This document shows, in pieces, positions 45,741 to 55,461 of a DNA stretch of 64,000 bases. The translations under genes were made by a program, and so were the position numbers. Location: positions 96,001 through 160,000 of IMG/VR virus record IMGVR_UViG_3300024324_000009. One strand, written 5' to 3'. The DNA comes from a virus. The notes beneath the pieces are model-generated. The model was not told the origin of the DNA. It searched no databases and saw nothing but the letters and a program-made list of their open reading frames with translations. How positions within the stretch are numbered: position 1 is the first letter of the stretch; every line of letters begins with the position of its first letter.

Positions 45741-48383
45741 TTAAAGTCCAAAACTATTCTTAATATCGTCCCGATCAACATTCTTAACACTTGAGAGCAT
45801 TGAACCATATCGGTTGTCATCAGCCATTCGCATGATTGTGCCGTCTGGTTGTGCATCTTTCATCTCCAAATCTTGATCTCCTATACCCATAGTATACTTG
45901 AGCATTGGTGATCTGTCAAGCCCCTGTTTGAATTTCTTACGAATATCATGGATACTCGGCAAGGCCTTCAAAATTGACTCACAATCGACTTGTTTTAAAA
46001 GATCGTCCATTGACACTATATCTCCAATACCAGCCCTTGTCAGTTCATTTCCGGCTTCTATAGCCTTGTTTAACCTAGACTTGATAGACGACAAACGCGA
46101 TGGGTCAACTGGTGGCAGTCCACATTCGACCAGTTTATTCTCAATAATATCCAATACTTCTTGGTTAGTAAAAGGTTTAGCCAATGTAGACTGATTAAAA
46201 TTGGATATAGCATATAGAGTGATATATGATTCTAGTGCTTCTACCAAGTCTTTATCATTAATTTCTTTAGCAAAATCCTTACCATAGATGTTTAACAGAT
46301 GGGCAGACATTAGTTGTTCTGTCTTGTTGCATTTGCGGTATCCATTGGTTCTGCTACCGTCCTCCATAGCTAGTTCAAGTATCGCAGCCTCCCTTATTTT
46401 ACACCATACCGCAATATCTTTGATTTGCTTGGCATACACTTTAGTTGCTTTGCCCTTGAACCACTCACTGAACTTGACCAGTTTGTAACCATCTTTTTGC
46501 AGCTTTTTAACAGCATTTGTCTTGATAGCAAAGACTGTATTTTTAGACAGTAGTTCCTTACCGAACTTCACATCCTCGTTGCCTGCTAGTCTACAGATAC
46601 GATAGATACTAATCTGATCCATACTTTGGTATCGACTAATTGGCACGTAAATAATCTTGCCATCATAAGTGCTAAGTTTATCTATCATGTCTTGGCTGAG
46701 TTCACGCAGGTAGCCTGACTCGTTCATGTCTTTCTTGCCAGTAAGTCCCTCAAGCCCTTCGTGACCACCAGTTTTAGCAACCACAAACATTTCGTTAACA
46801 GAAATGCTACCTTTAGCACCACCACTGCTGCTGCCGTTGCGGATCAAGTCTGCATAGTCACTGACTTTTAGTACTTCGCCACCAAACCATTTAATCAGTT
46901 CATCGAAACCGTTTAATGACATTTCATGAGGTCTGACTGTATTAATCATGAGGTATGCCTGAGCATTATGAATCTCACAATATTCTAGTGCAATCTTCTT
47001 AGCACGTTCTACAGACTTAACATCACAGACGAATAGTTTAAGACTATTACGCTTGGTTTTGTCGTAGTACGAATCTGCCTTGCCTTCAAGTGTCTCACCA
47101 TGCAGAGTGTCTGTCTGATAAACTTTTCTCTTGGAACGATATGTAGTCGTTTTCCAATTAAAAACATATAGCTGACTCTGTTTGTTCATCTCAACCTTCA
47201 GGTTTTTACCAGATGAGAGTTCGTGAGTTATGCCATCTGCATCTGTCCACGCTGCACCAGCAGTGTATCCACCTGCAATATCATTCAGGTTATAGTAAGT
47301 TCTGTATGCTTCTACCAGACAGTTGGCTTCCTCCACCTTCTTAGAAACATTTTCTTTGAGTTGCATGTAGATAGCCTGAGTTTTCTCACGCAGTTTCATG
47401 ACTGTAGCCTTGGTATACTGCAAACCTTCACGGCTAACGTCCATCTCAAGATCGCCAATGTTAAATTCAATCTCAAGATACAAACCTTGATTAAGAATGT
47501 CTGACACTAGGTTCTTCCAGTTAGCCAAGTCTACCTTGCCGAACACTTTGTTCCATGCTCGAATAGCATCACTTTCTTGGTCTTTTTCTTTACCGATAAC
47601 TTGCTCTGCAACTACTGGGTATGCAATATTTCCCATGATAGCTATGATACCAGCACCGCAGTTGTTATACTGAGAGGGAAAGGTATCGTTTCGATGGTCA
47701 AGTCTTCCAACCTTCCAGCCTTCACCTGAGATAACTGTCTCATTGTTTCTGTATGTGCCGTCATTCAGGTTTTCAGAGACACCACCAACAATCGTAGGCT
47801 GATTCTTGAAATAATGAAAGACTCTCTTAGCCTTATCTGAAAACTCTTCAAAGTCTGACTGACTCACAGCAAAACTAATTTCAATACCATTAGGCTCATT
47901 CGTATCCGTAACACCGAACAGGCTCAAGCTAGGTACACCTGTTTCATCCATAGCAGCGATGTAGGTATAGCACTTACCATTAAAGAAAGAGGCAGTGGTA
48001 AAACTCTTGGTATAAGCAAATGGACTCTTAGAACCCAGACCAAGACAACCAGTAAAATCATTACTATCATTCTTGTTGCTAGCACCATACGTTGTGTATA
48101 GTTCTTCCATGTCCTTCTGACTTAGACCTGTACCATAATCTCTGATAGTAAAGTTAGGATCGCCAGCATTAGGCAAAGTCACCTTAAATGGTCGCTGGTT
48201 TTTTGCTGAGACATGTGCATCGTTTGCATTCGTAGATAGTTCTCGAATGATTGCCATAATCTTATCAGAGTACAAAGAGTCTGACAAAATCTTGAACATC
48301 TTGCTCGTCTGAGCGATAGTGAATCCGTTAGTGCCTTGTACTCCTGCACTGTGGTTCTCAACTGTTACATCTGCTAATTTCAT
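45741..48383 (-). CDS. rIIA: rIIA-like protein (GHKL ATPase N-domain)
   Basis: F.ILS..LYSDK..A.IREL.TNA.DAH, RDYGTGLS, G.LGLGSKSPFAY; adjacent to rIIB. Confidence 0.92.
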   Translation of the reverse strand: MKLADVTVENHSAGVQGTNGFTIAQTSKMFKILSDSLYSDKIMAIIRELSTNANDAHVSAKNQRPFKVTLPNAGDPNFTIRDYGTGLSQKDMEELYTTYGASNKNDSNDFTGCLGLGSKSPFAYTKSFTTASFFNGKCYTYIAAMDETGVPSLSLFGVTDTNEPNGIEISFAVSQSDFEEFSDKAKRVFHYFKNQPTIVGGVSENLNDGTYRNNETVISGEGWKVGRLDHRNDTFPSQYNNCGAGIIAIMGNIAYPVVAEQVIGKEKDQESDAIRAWNKVFGKVDLANWKNLVSDILNQGLYLEIEFNIGDLEMDVSREGLQYTKATVMKLREKTQAIYMQLKENVSKKVEEANCLVEAYRTYYNLNDIAGGYTAGAAWTDADGITHELSSGKNLKVEMNKQSQLYVFNWKTTTYRSKRKVYQTDTLHGETLEGKADSYYDKTKRNSLKLFVCDVKSVERAKKIALEYCEIHNAQAYLMINTVRPHEMSLNGFDELIKWFGGEVLKVSDYADLIRNGSSSGGAKGSISVNEMFVVAKTGGHEGLEGLTGKKDMNESGYLRELSQDMIDKLSTYDGKIIYVPISRYQSMDQISIYRICRLAGNEDVKFGKELLSKNTVFAIKTNAVKKLQKDGYKLVKFSEWFKGKATKVYAKQIKDIAVWCKIREAAILELAMEDGSRTNGYRKCNKTEQLMSAHLLNIYGKDFAKEINDKDLVEALESYITLYAISNFNQSTLAKPFTNQEVLDIIENKLVECGLPPVDPSRLSSIKSRLNKAIEAGNELTRAGIGDIVSMDDLLKQVDCESILKALPSIHDIRKKFKQGLDRSPMLKYTMGIGDQDLEMKDAQPDGTIMRMADDNRYGSMLSSVKNVDRDDIKNSFGL

Positions 48384-48426
48384 AATCGTCCTCCAAAGTT
48401 TGTGAAATCTGTCCTGTGATGCTCTG

Positions 48427-48454
48427 ATTATACATCGTCATTTTGAGATGTCAA
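48427..48454 (-). promoter_or_regulatory. sigma70-type promoter TTGACA-N16-TATAAT
   Basis: perfect hexamers upstream of rIIA. Confidence 0.9.
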
Positions 48455-48462
48455 GCATTAAT

Positions 48463-48549
48463 TTATTCAGGCCATATAGAATCGCAGCATGGCAGAAAAG
48501 GATATTCTAATTCTTCGTCAGGTAAGTCAAACCAGTCTTCATCATCCAT
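48463..48549 (-). CDS. tiny acidic peptide (28 aa)
   Basis: MDDEDWFDLPDEELEYPFLPCCDSIWPE; AGGA upstream; starts 2 nt after the previous stop. Confidence 0.45.
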   Translation of the reverse strand: MDDEDWFDLPDEELEYPFLPCCDSIWPE

Positions 48550-48551
48550 AG

Positions 48552-48806
48552 TTATATCCTGTAGATGTTATCTCTCATGTTTCTTACACAGTCTTCCTCA
48601 TCGTCATTTTCTAAACGATCCATTATAGTCTCTGATTGGGCGTTAGTTATCTCTCGACCATCTGTAATTACTTCAGTAAGATAGCGTGTAGATATTTCAT
48701 CTACATTGCCTGCTCTCAAGATATCGTAAGCATCGTTTAATTGTTTTGATTCTATCATATATTTGTGACGGTATGTAGAAACTGTGTTGATTTCATAAAG
48801 TGGCAT
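48552..48806 (-). CDS. hypothetical protein
   Basis: GGAGG RBS, TAATG coupling. Confidence 0.7.
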   Translation of the reverse strand: MPLYEINTVSTYRHKYMIESKQLNDAYDILRAGNVDEISTRYLTEVITDGREITNAQSETIMDRLENDDEEDCVRNMRDNIYRI

Positions 48807-49048
48807 TAGTATACACCTCCATCTTCATCTTCGTCGTCTTCTAAACTTGTTTCCCAAGAGTTACTTCCCCAAATATCATTATCTTCTTCTTTTGCCCTAT
48901 TGTCCTGCAATGATTCTTCGATCATATCAGCGGCATCTAGAACAACTTCAAATTCACTAATTTTATCAATTAGTATATTTAATTTTTCATGAACATCTTT
49001 TAGTTCTTGTTTGATATGTTTAATATCTTCATGTAATTCTTGGCTCAT
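48806..49048 (-). CDS. acidic coiled-coil protein
   Basis: GAGG RBS; GGTGTA element at 49084-49089. Confidence 0.65.
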   Translation of the reverse strand: MSQELHEDIKHIKQELKDVHEKLNILIDKISEFEVVLDAADMIEESLQDNRAKEEDNDIWGSNSWETSLEDDEDEDGGVY

Positions 49049-49099
49049 ACACTACCTCTTAGAAAAATATAATATAAATCTAGTACACCTTAAATTAGC

Positions 49100-49393
49100 C
49101 TAATAACCTTTTATATCACCGTTTTCTATAATCTTCTCATCTTCGTATGGTACTGCAATTCTGCGGTAATACTCTTGTTTAATGTTCTCTAATACTCCGG
49201 TTATAACTGCAATCTTTTTATAAGATACTGTACCCATACAACCTGCAATAATCCTGCTAAAAGAGTAATTAATCTCCCCTGCGATCTGTAGCAACTCTTC
49301 AGGTGATAGTTCATTACCATGGGTAAGTTCCTCTATAAGTGCATCTACAGGCTTGTCCAGCATTCCTCTGGCGTTTTCATTTATATACGGCAT
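49100..49393 (-). CDS. DUF6899-like phage protein
   Basis: MPYI, G.INY, GVLE..K.EYYRR...PYED.KI.ENGD. Confidence 0.8.
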   Translation of the reverse strand: MPYINENARGMLDKPVDALIEELTHGNELSPEELLQIAGEINYSFSRIIAGCMGTVSYKKIAVITGVLENIKQEYYRRIAVPYEDEKIIENGDIKGY

Positions 49394-49880
49394 GATATAC
49401 CTCCCAATCTCGATAAAAACTTTCGTTACCAGTGTCGATACAACAAAGCATCGCTACTTCATTCTCCAACACTCCTCTATAAATATAACCGATATTTTGA
49501 AAATGGCAATCCCAAAAATCCAAATCTGTGTGATATTTTATTTTATGACACAGTTTCTCAATCCAGACGTTATCAATATCTTCGGTTAATAGTTCTGCTT
49601 TTTCTGTGAGATAGCCTAATTCAGTTGTTGTTACTTTAGGATCATAATACCTAAGTAATTCTGGCTCATAAAAATAAGGTATTTTGCACAGCCCTCCGTA
49701 AACTCTTGGGGCTAGATTGTGTTTAGATAATTCAACCTGATTGTTATATGCTTCCTTGGCTTTTAACTCATGGTTAAAACTCTTAAACAATAAAGAAGGA
49801 TGATCCTTCACAGGCAAAACATCACAGTTCGCCCCTGAAAAACCATCCTCTAATTCAATTAAATAATCGTTATTAATCAA
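49377..49880 (-). CDS. minimal protein-kinase-like protein
   Basis: G....V, LLFK, LAP.VYG, catalytic DCH..N, CID.G. Confidence 0.7.
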   Translation of the reverse strand: MINNDYLIELEDGFSGANCDVLPVKDHPSLLFKSFNHELKAKEAYNNQVELSKHNLAPRVYGGLCKIPYFYEPELLRYYDPKVTTTELGYLTEKAELLTEDIDNVWIEKLCHKIKYHTDLDFWDCHFQNIGYIYRGVLENEVAMLCCIDTGNESFYRDWEVYHAVYK

Positions 49881-50859
49881 TACTTCCTACTTCCCCACCT
49901 GCTCTAGTAATTACGCCAGCAAAAACTCTCAGGTCTACGTTGTTATTAATAGTCCTAGTTGATCCATCAGCATAACATGCGTTCATAACTCCGGGGTGCA
50001 TACTGAATGCCTCACCATCGTTAATTACGTTAAATGGTACGTTGCCGGGACAGTTTTTACACTTGTCACCATTAGCATCAACTCCATGTAGTTTAAAAGG
50101 CCCAAGGCTGTCAGCCCAACCAAGACACTGGTTTGTGTCACCTGTTGGAGTGCCACCTCTGTTTACACTAGCCTTATAAACATCAGGCCTACTTGAGCAT
50201 TCAGCAATCATAAGAGTATTAGAAAAACCATCTCTAATTTGCTGCTCTTTAGTTACCTGATCTTTTACCAAGCACCCTTCTGTAATCGGGCCTTTTGCTG
50301 CATAAGGATCGCTACCAGCAGGAAAGATTTTATCCTTAACACCAGTAAACGTCTCATAATCTGTATGACCAAGACTGCTTGGACTTAGACTTGGTGCAGC
50401 ACTATCTTCATCTCTGGTTGGCCCATCAATATCTGCATACCCATCACCAGCAGGCAAAGCAGATGGACACAGAAATGTATTTACAGTTGTATTTACAGCC
50501 TGTGTATTCTCCCACCAATTTTTATTAAAATCATAAAGGTCTGCAACATTGCGTTGCTCTAAATTAGCAAGAGCAAATGCTCTCCAACTATGTTCTGTTC
50601 GTGATGGATTGCCAAGTGCAGATGGAGTCTCACTTAAATCTTTCGCCTCGATAGTCCATGCAGCAGCAGGAAAATACCTTCTTTGATCCATAGTTGTGTG
50701 CATAGCCAAACCTTGTTGTTTTAAATTGTTAGTGCAAGAAACTCGTCTTGCTGCTTCTCTAGCCTGTTGTACAGCGGGAAGCAAAAGCCCCACTAATACT
50801 CCAATAATTGCGATTACCACTAATAATTCGATGAGTGTAAAGCCTTTACGTTGGTGCAT
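49873..50859 (-). CDS. DUF1559 prepilin-type N-terminal cleavage/methylation protein
   Basis: GFTLIELLVVIAIIGVL..LLLPAVQQAREAARR..C.NNLKQ; DG.SNT; H-X9-DG (HPGVMNACYADGS). Confidence 0.95.
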   Translation of the reverse strand: MHQRKGFTLIELLVVIAIIGVLVGLLLPAVQQAREAARRVSCTNNLKQQGLAMHTTMDQRRYFPAAAWTIEAKDLSETPSALGNPSRTEHSWRAFALANLEQRNVADLYDFNKNWWENTQAVNTTVNTFLCPSALPAGDGYADIDGPTRDEDSAAPSLSPSSLGHTDYETFTGVKDKIFPAGSDPYAAKGPITEGCLVKDQVTKEQQIRDGFSNTLMIAECSSRPDVYKASVNRGGTPTGDTNQCLGWADSLGPFKLHGVDANGDKCKNCPGNVPFNVINDGEAFSMHPGVMNACYADGSTRTINNNVDLRVFAGVITRAGGEVGSID

Positions 50860-50980
50860 ATTTCTTCCTTTATATTGAAGTAAAATTAGGTTAGATAGGA
50901 CGAAGAGTTCGTCCTTAAAACCTTATAATACCCATTCGGCAAAAAATAACAACCATATAAGGTGTTAGGATTGTGTTAAT

Positions 50981-51301
50981 TTATCTGGAATAAATATCTA
51001 TACTAGAACCCGTTAATTCACGCAGAAATTGACATGCGTCATTAACATTATAAAAGTCTGCTATTACTCTATGTCCCTGAGTGTGACCTCCTCCATATAT
51101 TGCAAAGACCCTATAAAACGGATCATCTAAAGCCTCATAAAGCAGATCAATATATTCGTCGCCATCTTCTACTGGCTCGATAAATGTGCCACCATCTGGA
51201 TCGGCTAACTCCAAACAAGTTTGCAACCTGAAGCCTGCGTAAGCAGACTTCGGATTAGTATTGACAACATAGCAGTTACACAATGGATTCGATGATGTCA
51301 T
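50981..51301 (-). CDS. hypothetical protein
   Basis: 106-aa ORF. Confidence 0.6.
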   Translation of the reverse strand: MTSSNPLCNCYVVNTNPKSAYAGFRLQTCLELADPDGGTFIEPVEDGDEYIDLLYEALDDPFYRVFAIYGGGHTQGHRVIADFYNVNDACQFLRELTGSSIDIYSR

Positions 51302-51464
51302 CTTGTCCTTCCTTTTCTAGTTCTTCCTTATACTTCCTTATTGCTCTTGCCCTACTTTCTTGCAAGAATTTATGATAACCAAGAAAAACTTGTGAAGTAA
51401 TTATCCCAAATCCTGCAATCAAAGACACAACAAGACCGCATACGAATAACGCAAGCTGATCCAT
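51276..51464 (-). CDS. small membrane protein
   Basis: TM LALFVCGLVVSLIAGFGII; GAGG RBS. Confidence 0.7.
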   Translation of the reverse strand: MDQLALFVCGLVVSLIAGFGIITSQVFLGYHKFLQESRARAIRKYKEELEKEGQDDIIESIV

Positions 51465-51478
51465 AATCTGACCTCTTT

Positions 51479-51643
51479 TCACTTACTGCTAAAGTAGTGT
51501 CCTAGTGAAAGAATGCTTGGAACCCAAAGCCCTACAAAGATACCCTGTTGTTGGGCCACACTTTGATCGCCAAGGAACCAAATAGATACACTCAAAACAA
51601 AACTCGCAAACGCTGCTGCTAGAAAATAAACACTGTTCTTCAT
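51479..51643 (-). CDS. small two-TM membrane protein (54 aa)
   Basis: MKNSVYFLAAAFASFVLSVYLWF...GIFVGLWVPSILSLG; GAGGA RBS; absent from ORF track. Confidence 0.7.
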   Translation of the reverse strand: MKNSVYFLAAAFASFVLSVSIWFLGDQSVAQQQGIFVGLWVPSILSLGHYFSSK

Positions 51644-51674
51644 ATCATCAATCCTCTTTTCTTAAAGTTAAAAA

Positions 51675-51926
51675 CTATTTACCGTACTGTAACTTTAGTT
51701 GAGTTACCATCTTCACTAGATTGTCGGTATTGTCCTCTTCAGATTTCTGCTTACGCTGCATAACGGGTAGTGAAACATTTTTTAGCTTTAGTGTCTTGTT
51801 AATCCTTAAGTATCTTGCAGCAGAGGTTTCTTCCGTTTGTCCTGTTTTTTCTGCAATCTCAGCATAGGTCGTGCTGGTAAACACGGCTTTTAAAAATGCT
51901 TCGTCGCTACAATGCTTACGCTTCAT
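51675..51926 (-). CDS. HTH-like hypothetical protein
   Basis: TYAEIAEKTG; GGAG RBS. Confidence 0.65.
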   Translation of the reverse strand: MKRKHCSDEAFLKAVFTSTTYAEIAEKTGQTEETSAARYLRINKTLKLKNVSLPVMQRKQKSEEDNTDNLVKMVTQLKLQYGK

Positions 51927-51960
51927 AATTAGTCCTCCAAAAAATAAATCCAACTACTTA

Positions 51961-51988
51961 ATTATAACACAGGGTTTTTGTTTGTCAA
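51961..51988 (-). promoter_or_regulatory. sigma70-type promoter TTGACA-N16-TATAAT
   Basis: perfect hexamers. Confidence 0.88.
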
Positions 51989-51991
51989 GTG

Positions 51992-52183
51992 CTATTCTGG
52001 TTTAACCGGCAAAAATATAGCTAGGGCTAAATAAATCCAGAAAGTAATACTTAAACTAAAAAAGAAACCTGCAACCATTCCTATTCTAAGGATTGAAGTA
52101 TCTATGCCTGTAAAGTCTGAAAGACCAGAACATACTCCAAATATCATTCCTTCTTTTTTATTCTTGAATAATTGTTGTGCCAT
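51992..52183 (-). CDS. pspC: PspC-domain protein
   Basis: L.K....MIFGVCSGL.D..GID..ILR......IYL.LAI.LP. Confidence 0.88.
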   Translation of the reverse strand: MAQQLFKNKKEGMIFGVCSGLSDFTGIDTSILRIGMVAGFFFSLSITFWIYLALAIFLPVKPE

Positions 52184-52273
52184 TATAAATCTCCGGTATT
52201 GTATTAGGATTATAACCAGCAATTAACATGGTCATATAAACTCCATACACCGGGAAAAGTTCGTCTAACATAT

Positions 52274-52378
52274 TTACTCCTTTGTTTTATTTACTCTCCA
52301 CACGATCAACGCTCCTACTGACAATTCTACGGTCATTGCCATGCTCCAGCCTATTAAAACTACATATAACTCTTGCAT
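52274..52378 (-). CDS. tiny membrane peptide (34 aa)
   Basis: MQELYVVLIGWSMAMTVELSVGALIVWRVNKTKE; AGAGG RBS; GGTGTA element at 52430. Confidence 0.45.
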   Translation of the reverse strand: MQELYVVLIGWSMAMTVELSVGALIVWRVNKTKE

Positions 52379-52444
52379 GTTGCCCTCTTTGTGTAATAAA
52401 AGTAATCCATACCATCATTATACTTAAGATACACCTTCTGTCAA

Positions 52445-53218
52445 CTACAATGGCTCAAGATTTTCTCCATCTCTGTAGCTATCTCTTTCGATACGGTCAT
52501 TATAAGGATTGTCTATAAATTTTGTTAGCGTAGGTTGATGCACACTATAAAAATGTTGCTTTCTCATAAACTTAAAATAATCTAGTTCTCCCATATGTGA
52601 GTTTCCTTTTGCATAAAGATCAGAAAGAAGCCACATTTCTACTGTATCATCTATTGCTTCGTTTGGTTTATGTAGCATCTTAATATACTTACTATTAGCC
52701 CACCATACATTGCCACAATAATGTAATGGATGTCCACCAGTATGTTTAATAAAACAAGATGCAGTATGATGAGTATTTAAAGCATCTACACAGTCTTTCC
52801 ATCTATACATTGTCCAGTATTCTAGGTACTCATTCCATAGGTCTACTTTGTCACACATTTCTGGTGGAGATATTGTTTTTCTCATAACTCCTTTACTATG
52901 ATCATAAAATATTTGATGGTTATCTTCCAGACCATTGCAAAAATCCCACAACCATGTAGCTGTTTCAGTTTCCTGTCTAGCGTATTCCTTGCTGTATCTT
53001 ATTTCTATCTTAGGATCATTCTCATATTCTGGAATTTCAACTGTCATAAACTCTCTATCACAGTTTATTAAAAGATGTATCTTTTCTAGTTCATCATATA
53101 ATCCAGATTTTTTGCATCTGCCAAATGACTCGTTTAATCTTTCTTTCCATAAAGGAGTTGATCCTTTTTTTGGATTGCGATTATATACAGTGCAGTGATA
53201 AAACATAAATTTACTCAT
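52445..53218 (-). CDS. putative glycan-synthesis protein
   Basis: E..T...L, Y.HSKG, HYCGN.WWA.S.YI, E.W pattern typical of phage glycosylation clusters. Confidence 0.6.
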   Translation of the reverse strand: MSKFMFYHCTVYNRNPKKGSTPLWKERLNESFGRCKKSGLYDELEKIHLLINCDREFMTVEIPEYENDPKIEIRYSKEYARQETETATWLWDFCNGLEDNHQIFYDHSKGVMRKTISPPEMCDKVDLWNEYLEYWTMYRWKDCVDALNTHHTASCFIKHTGGHPLHYCGNVWWANSKYIKMLHKPNEAIDDTVEMWLLSDLYAKGNSHMGELDYFKFMRKQHFYSVHQPTLTKFIDNPYNDRIERDSYRDGENLEPL

Positions 53219-53783
53219 CTTTCCATACCTCCGCATCTCTTCTATCGTGTTTGTGTCTGTATCCTAATTTCCCCATTTTTCTATAATACTCATTAATATT
53301 CATTTTTGTGTGTGCAGTTTCAAATCGTATCCATCTTATGTCATACTTTTCATAGTCTATGCTTTCTAGTATATGCAAATCATAGCCTTCAGTATCTACA
53401 TATAATCTATCAATAGTTTTGAATCCTGTCATTCCAAATAATTGATTTGCTGTACACGCAGGATGTTCTTTAGGATATATATTAAAATCTTCCCAACCCA
53501 TCTTTTTTAAATGCTCTTTATTAAAACTTGTATGTTGCCCATTTTTTTCTACGTCAGAATAATAAAGTTTTACTGTTTTTTGATGTGGGTCTGTGGTAAT
53601 TGCTCTAGCCAGTATCTTTACTTCAACATCAAAGTGTTCATAGACTTTTAAACAGTTGCTAAGTTTATCTATGTTTGGGTCTACACAAGTTAATCTATTA
53701 ATTTTATTATGATTAGCTTTTACAAATTTAAAACAATCGTCACAGGTAAAGCAATCGTTGCTACCTATCTGTACTATATTCAT
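53211..53783 (-). CDS. FkbM-family methyltransferase
   Basis: IVQIGSND, VDP, ID.L.VDTEGYD..IL. Confidence 0.82.
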   Translation of the reverse strand: MNIVQIGSNDCFTCDDCFKFVKANHNKINRLTCVDPNIDKLSNCLKVYEHFDVEVKILARAITTDPHQKTVKLYYSDVEKNGQHTSFNKEHLKKMGWEDFNIYPKEHPACTANQLFGMTGFKTIDRLYVDTEGYDLHILESIDYEKYDIRWIRFETAHTKMNINEYYRKMGKLGYRHKHDRRDAEVWKDE

Positions 53784-54160
53784 TTCTTCTTACCTTTCAA
53801 GTCCGCTATGTTCTGTGCTATATCTACTAGCCTATCCCAATTTTCATCTATGTATTTTTCTGGCCCACCCATATCAGCCTGTGCTTGTGCTATTTCTTCA
53901 GTGGGAACCATTTCAATAGCATCCCAAGGACAAACCTTAACATCATATAACTTTCCTTTATTACCCGGAACATGGATACATTGTTCGCAACCTATACAAG
54001 TAGATAGATCAATCTCACACCATTGAGTTACTCCCTGTTTTATCTGGAATATACAATCAACAGGACACACTTCTAAACAAGCCTCGCAGCCCGTACAGTT
54101 GTCTGCCTGAATGATTGCTAATTCTTTGGGTATCTTTTTTCTTACTTTTTTATCTGCCAT
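53780..54160 (-). CDS. 2[4Fe-4S] dicluster ferredoxin
   Basis: CTGCEACLEVCP and CIGCEQC...CP. Confidence 0.92.
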   Translation of the reverse strand: MADKKVRKKIPKELAIIQADNCTGCEACLEVCPVDCIFQIKQGVTQWCEIDLSTCIGCEQCIHVPGNKGKLYDVKVCPWDAIEMVPTEEIAQAQADMGGPEKYIDENWDRLVDIAQNIADLKGKKK

Positions 54161-55461
54161 TAAGCTATAATATCGTGTTGGATATTTCCGAATACGTCTG
54201 TTAGTCTAAAGTCTCTACCACTATACCTATAAGTAAGTTTAGTATGATCTATTCCCATCAGATATAATATAGTAGCATGTAAATCATGTATGTCAAGCCC
54301 GTCTACTGCTTTGTGTCCAAAATCATCAGTAGTGCCGTATCTCATGCCACCCTTTACGCCACCGCCTGCCATCCAGACAGTGAACCCACCATTATTATGG
54401 TCTCTTCCTGTAGCACCAGCCTTGATGCCCGGAGTACGACCAAACTCACTACCGAATAAAACTATAGTGTCCTCAAACATGCCAGAATCTTTTAAATCTT
54501 GTAGCAACGCACCAATAGGCTGATCAATAGCAGTTCCCTTACGCTGAATGTTGCCAGCGATGTCTTGGTGATTGTCCCAACCACCGAATCCGATCTCGAC
54601 AAATCTCACGCCTGCTTCACTAAATTTCTTCGCTAACAAACACTGCTTGCCAAACTTTTCTGTTGTCTTATTATTTATACCATATCTTTCTAGAGTTTCT
54701 TGTGACTCTTTTGATATGTCAATAGTTTGTGGAACACTTGTCTGCATTTTATAAGCCAGTTCATAACTTTCGATCAGGCCTTCCAATCTGCTATTCTCGC
54801 CTTTTAATTGCAGATGGTTTAGATCGCTAAGAAAATCTAAGTTCTCTCTTTGTTCAGCCATTCCTATTGGACTTTTTAAATTAGGTATTGCGTTTGCCAT
54901 ATTACCTGCATTAACTGCTGTGCCTTGATATATTGCAGGAAGAAATGCACTTCCGTAATTCTCTGGCCCAATACCAGCATCAATCGTTAGAAAACCGGGA
55001 AGTTCTTTGTTCTCAGTTCCTAAACCATACAGTAGCCAACTACCCATACTGGGACGAGTAAACTGGAAATTGCCTGTGTGTAATAATTGTTTTGCTTGAT
55101 TATGATTACCAGACTTTGATTTCATTCCATTAATTAAACATAGGTCATCGGCATGTTTTCTCAAGTGAGGAAAATTTTCACTAATTTCAATACCACTTTC
55201 TCCTGCCGGTGTGAGTGGAACAGCAGGCTTGACAATCTTTCTGCCTTTGCTTACTGGATCGTCGATACCATCTTTCTCAACCATCAAAGGCTTGTAGTCA
55301 AAAGTATCGGTGTGACTCATCCCTCCACCCATATAGCAAAATATAATCTTCTTTTTAATTGCTGTAGTTTCTTCTGCAAGTAGGCCTTTCAATGCCAACA
55401 TGCCAAACCCAGCACTTGCTGTTTGTAATAAGTTTCGTCGATTAAAATAGTTATTGTACAT
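54160..55461 (-). CDS. DUF1501 protein with Tat signal
   Basis: NRRNLL, M.GG.SH.DTFDYKP, RPSMGSW, GWDNH, EFGRTP, GRDH, DLHAT. Confidence 0.93.
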   Translation of the reverse strand: MYNNYFNRRNLLQTASAGFGMLALKGLLAEETTAIKKKIIFCYMGGGMSHTDTFDYKPLMVEKDGIDDPVSKGRKIVKPAVPLTPAGESGIEISENFPHLRKHADDLCLINGMKSKSGNHNQAKQLLHTGNFQFTRPSMGSWLLYGLGTENKELPGFLTIDAGIGPENYGSAFLPAIYQGTAVNAGNMANAIPNLKSPIGMAEQRENLDFLSDLNHLQLKGENSRLEGLIESYELAYKMQTSVPQTIDISKESQETLERYGINNKTTEKFGKQCLLAKKFSEAGVRFVEIGFGGWDNHQDIAGNIQRKGTAIDQPIGALLQDLKDSGMFEDTIVLFGSEFGRTPGIKAGATGRDHNNGGFTVWMAGGGVKGGMRYGTTDDFGHKAVDGLDIHDLHATILYLMGIDHTKLTYRYSGRDFRLTDVFGNIQHDIIA

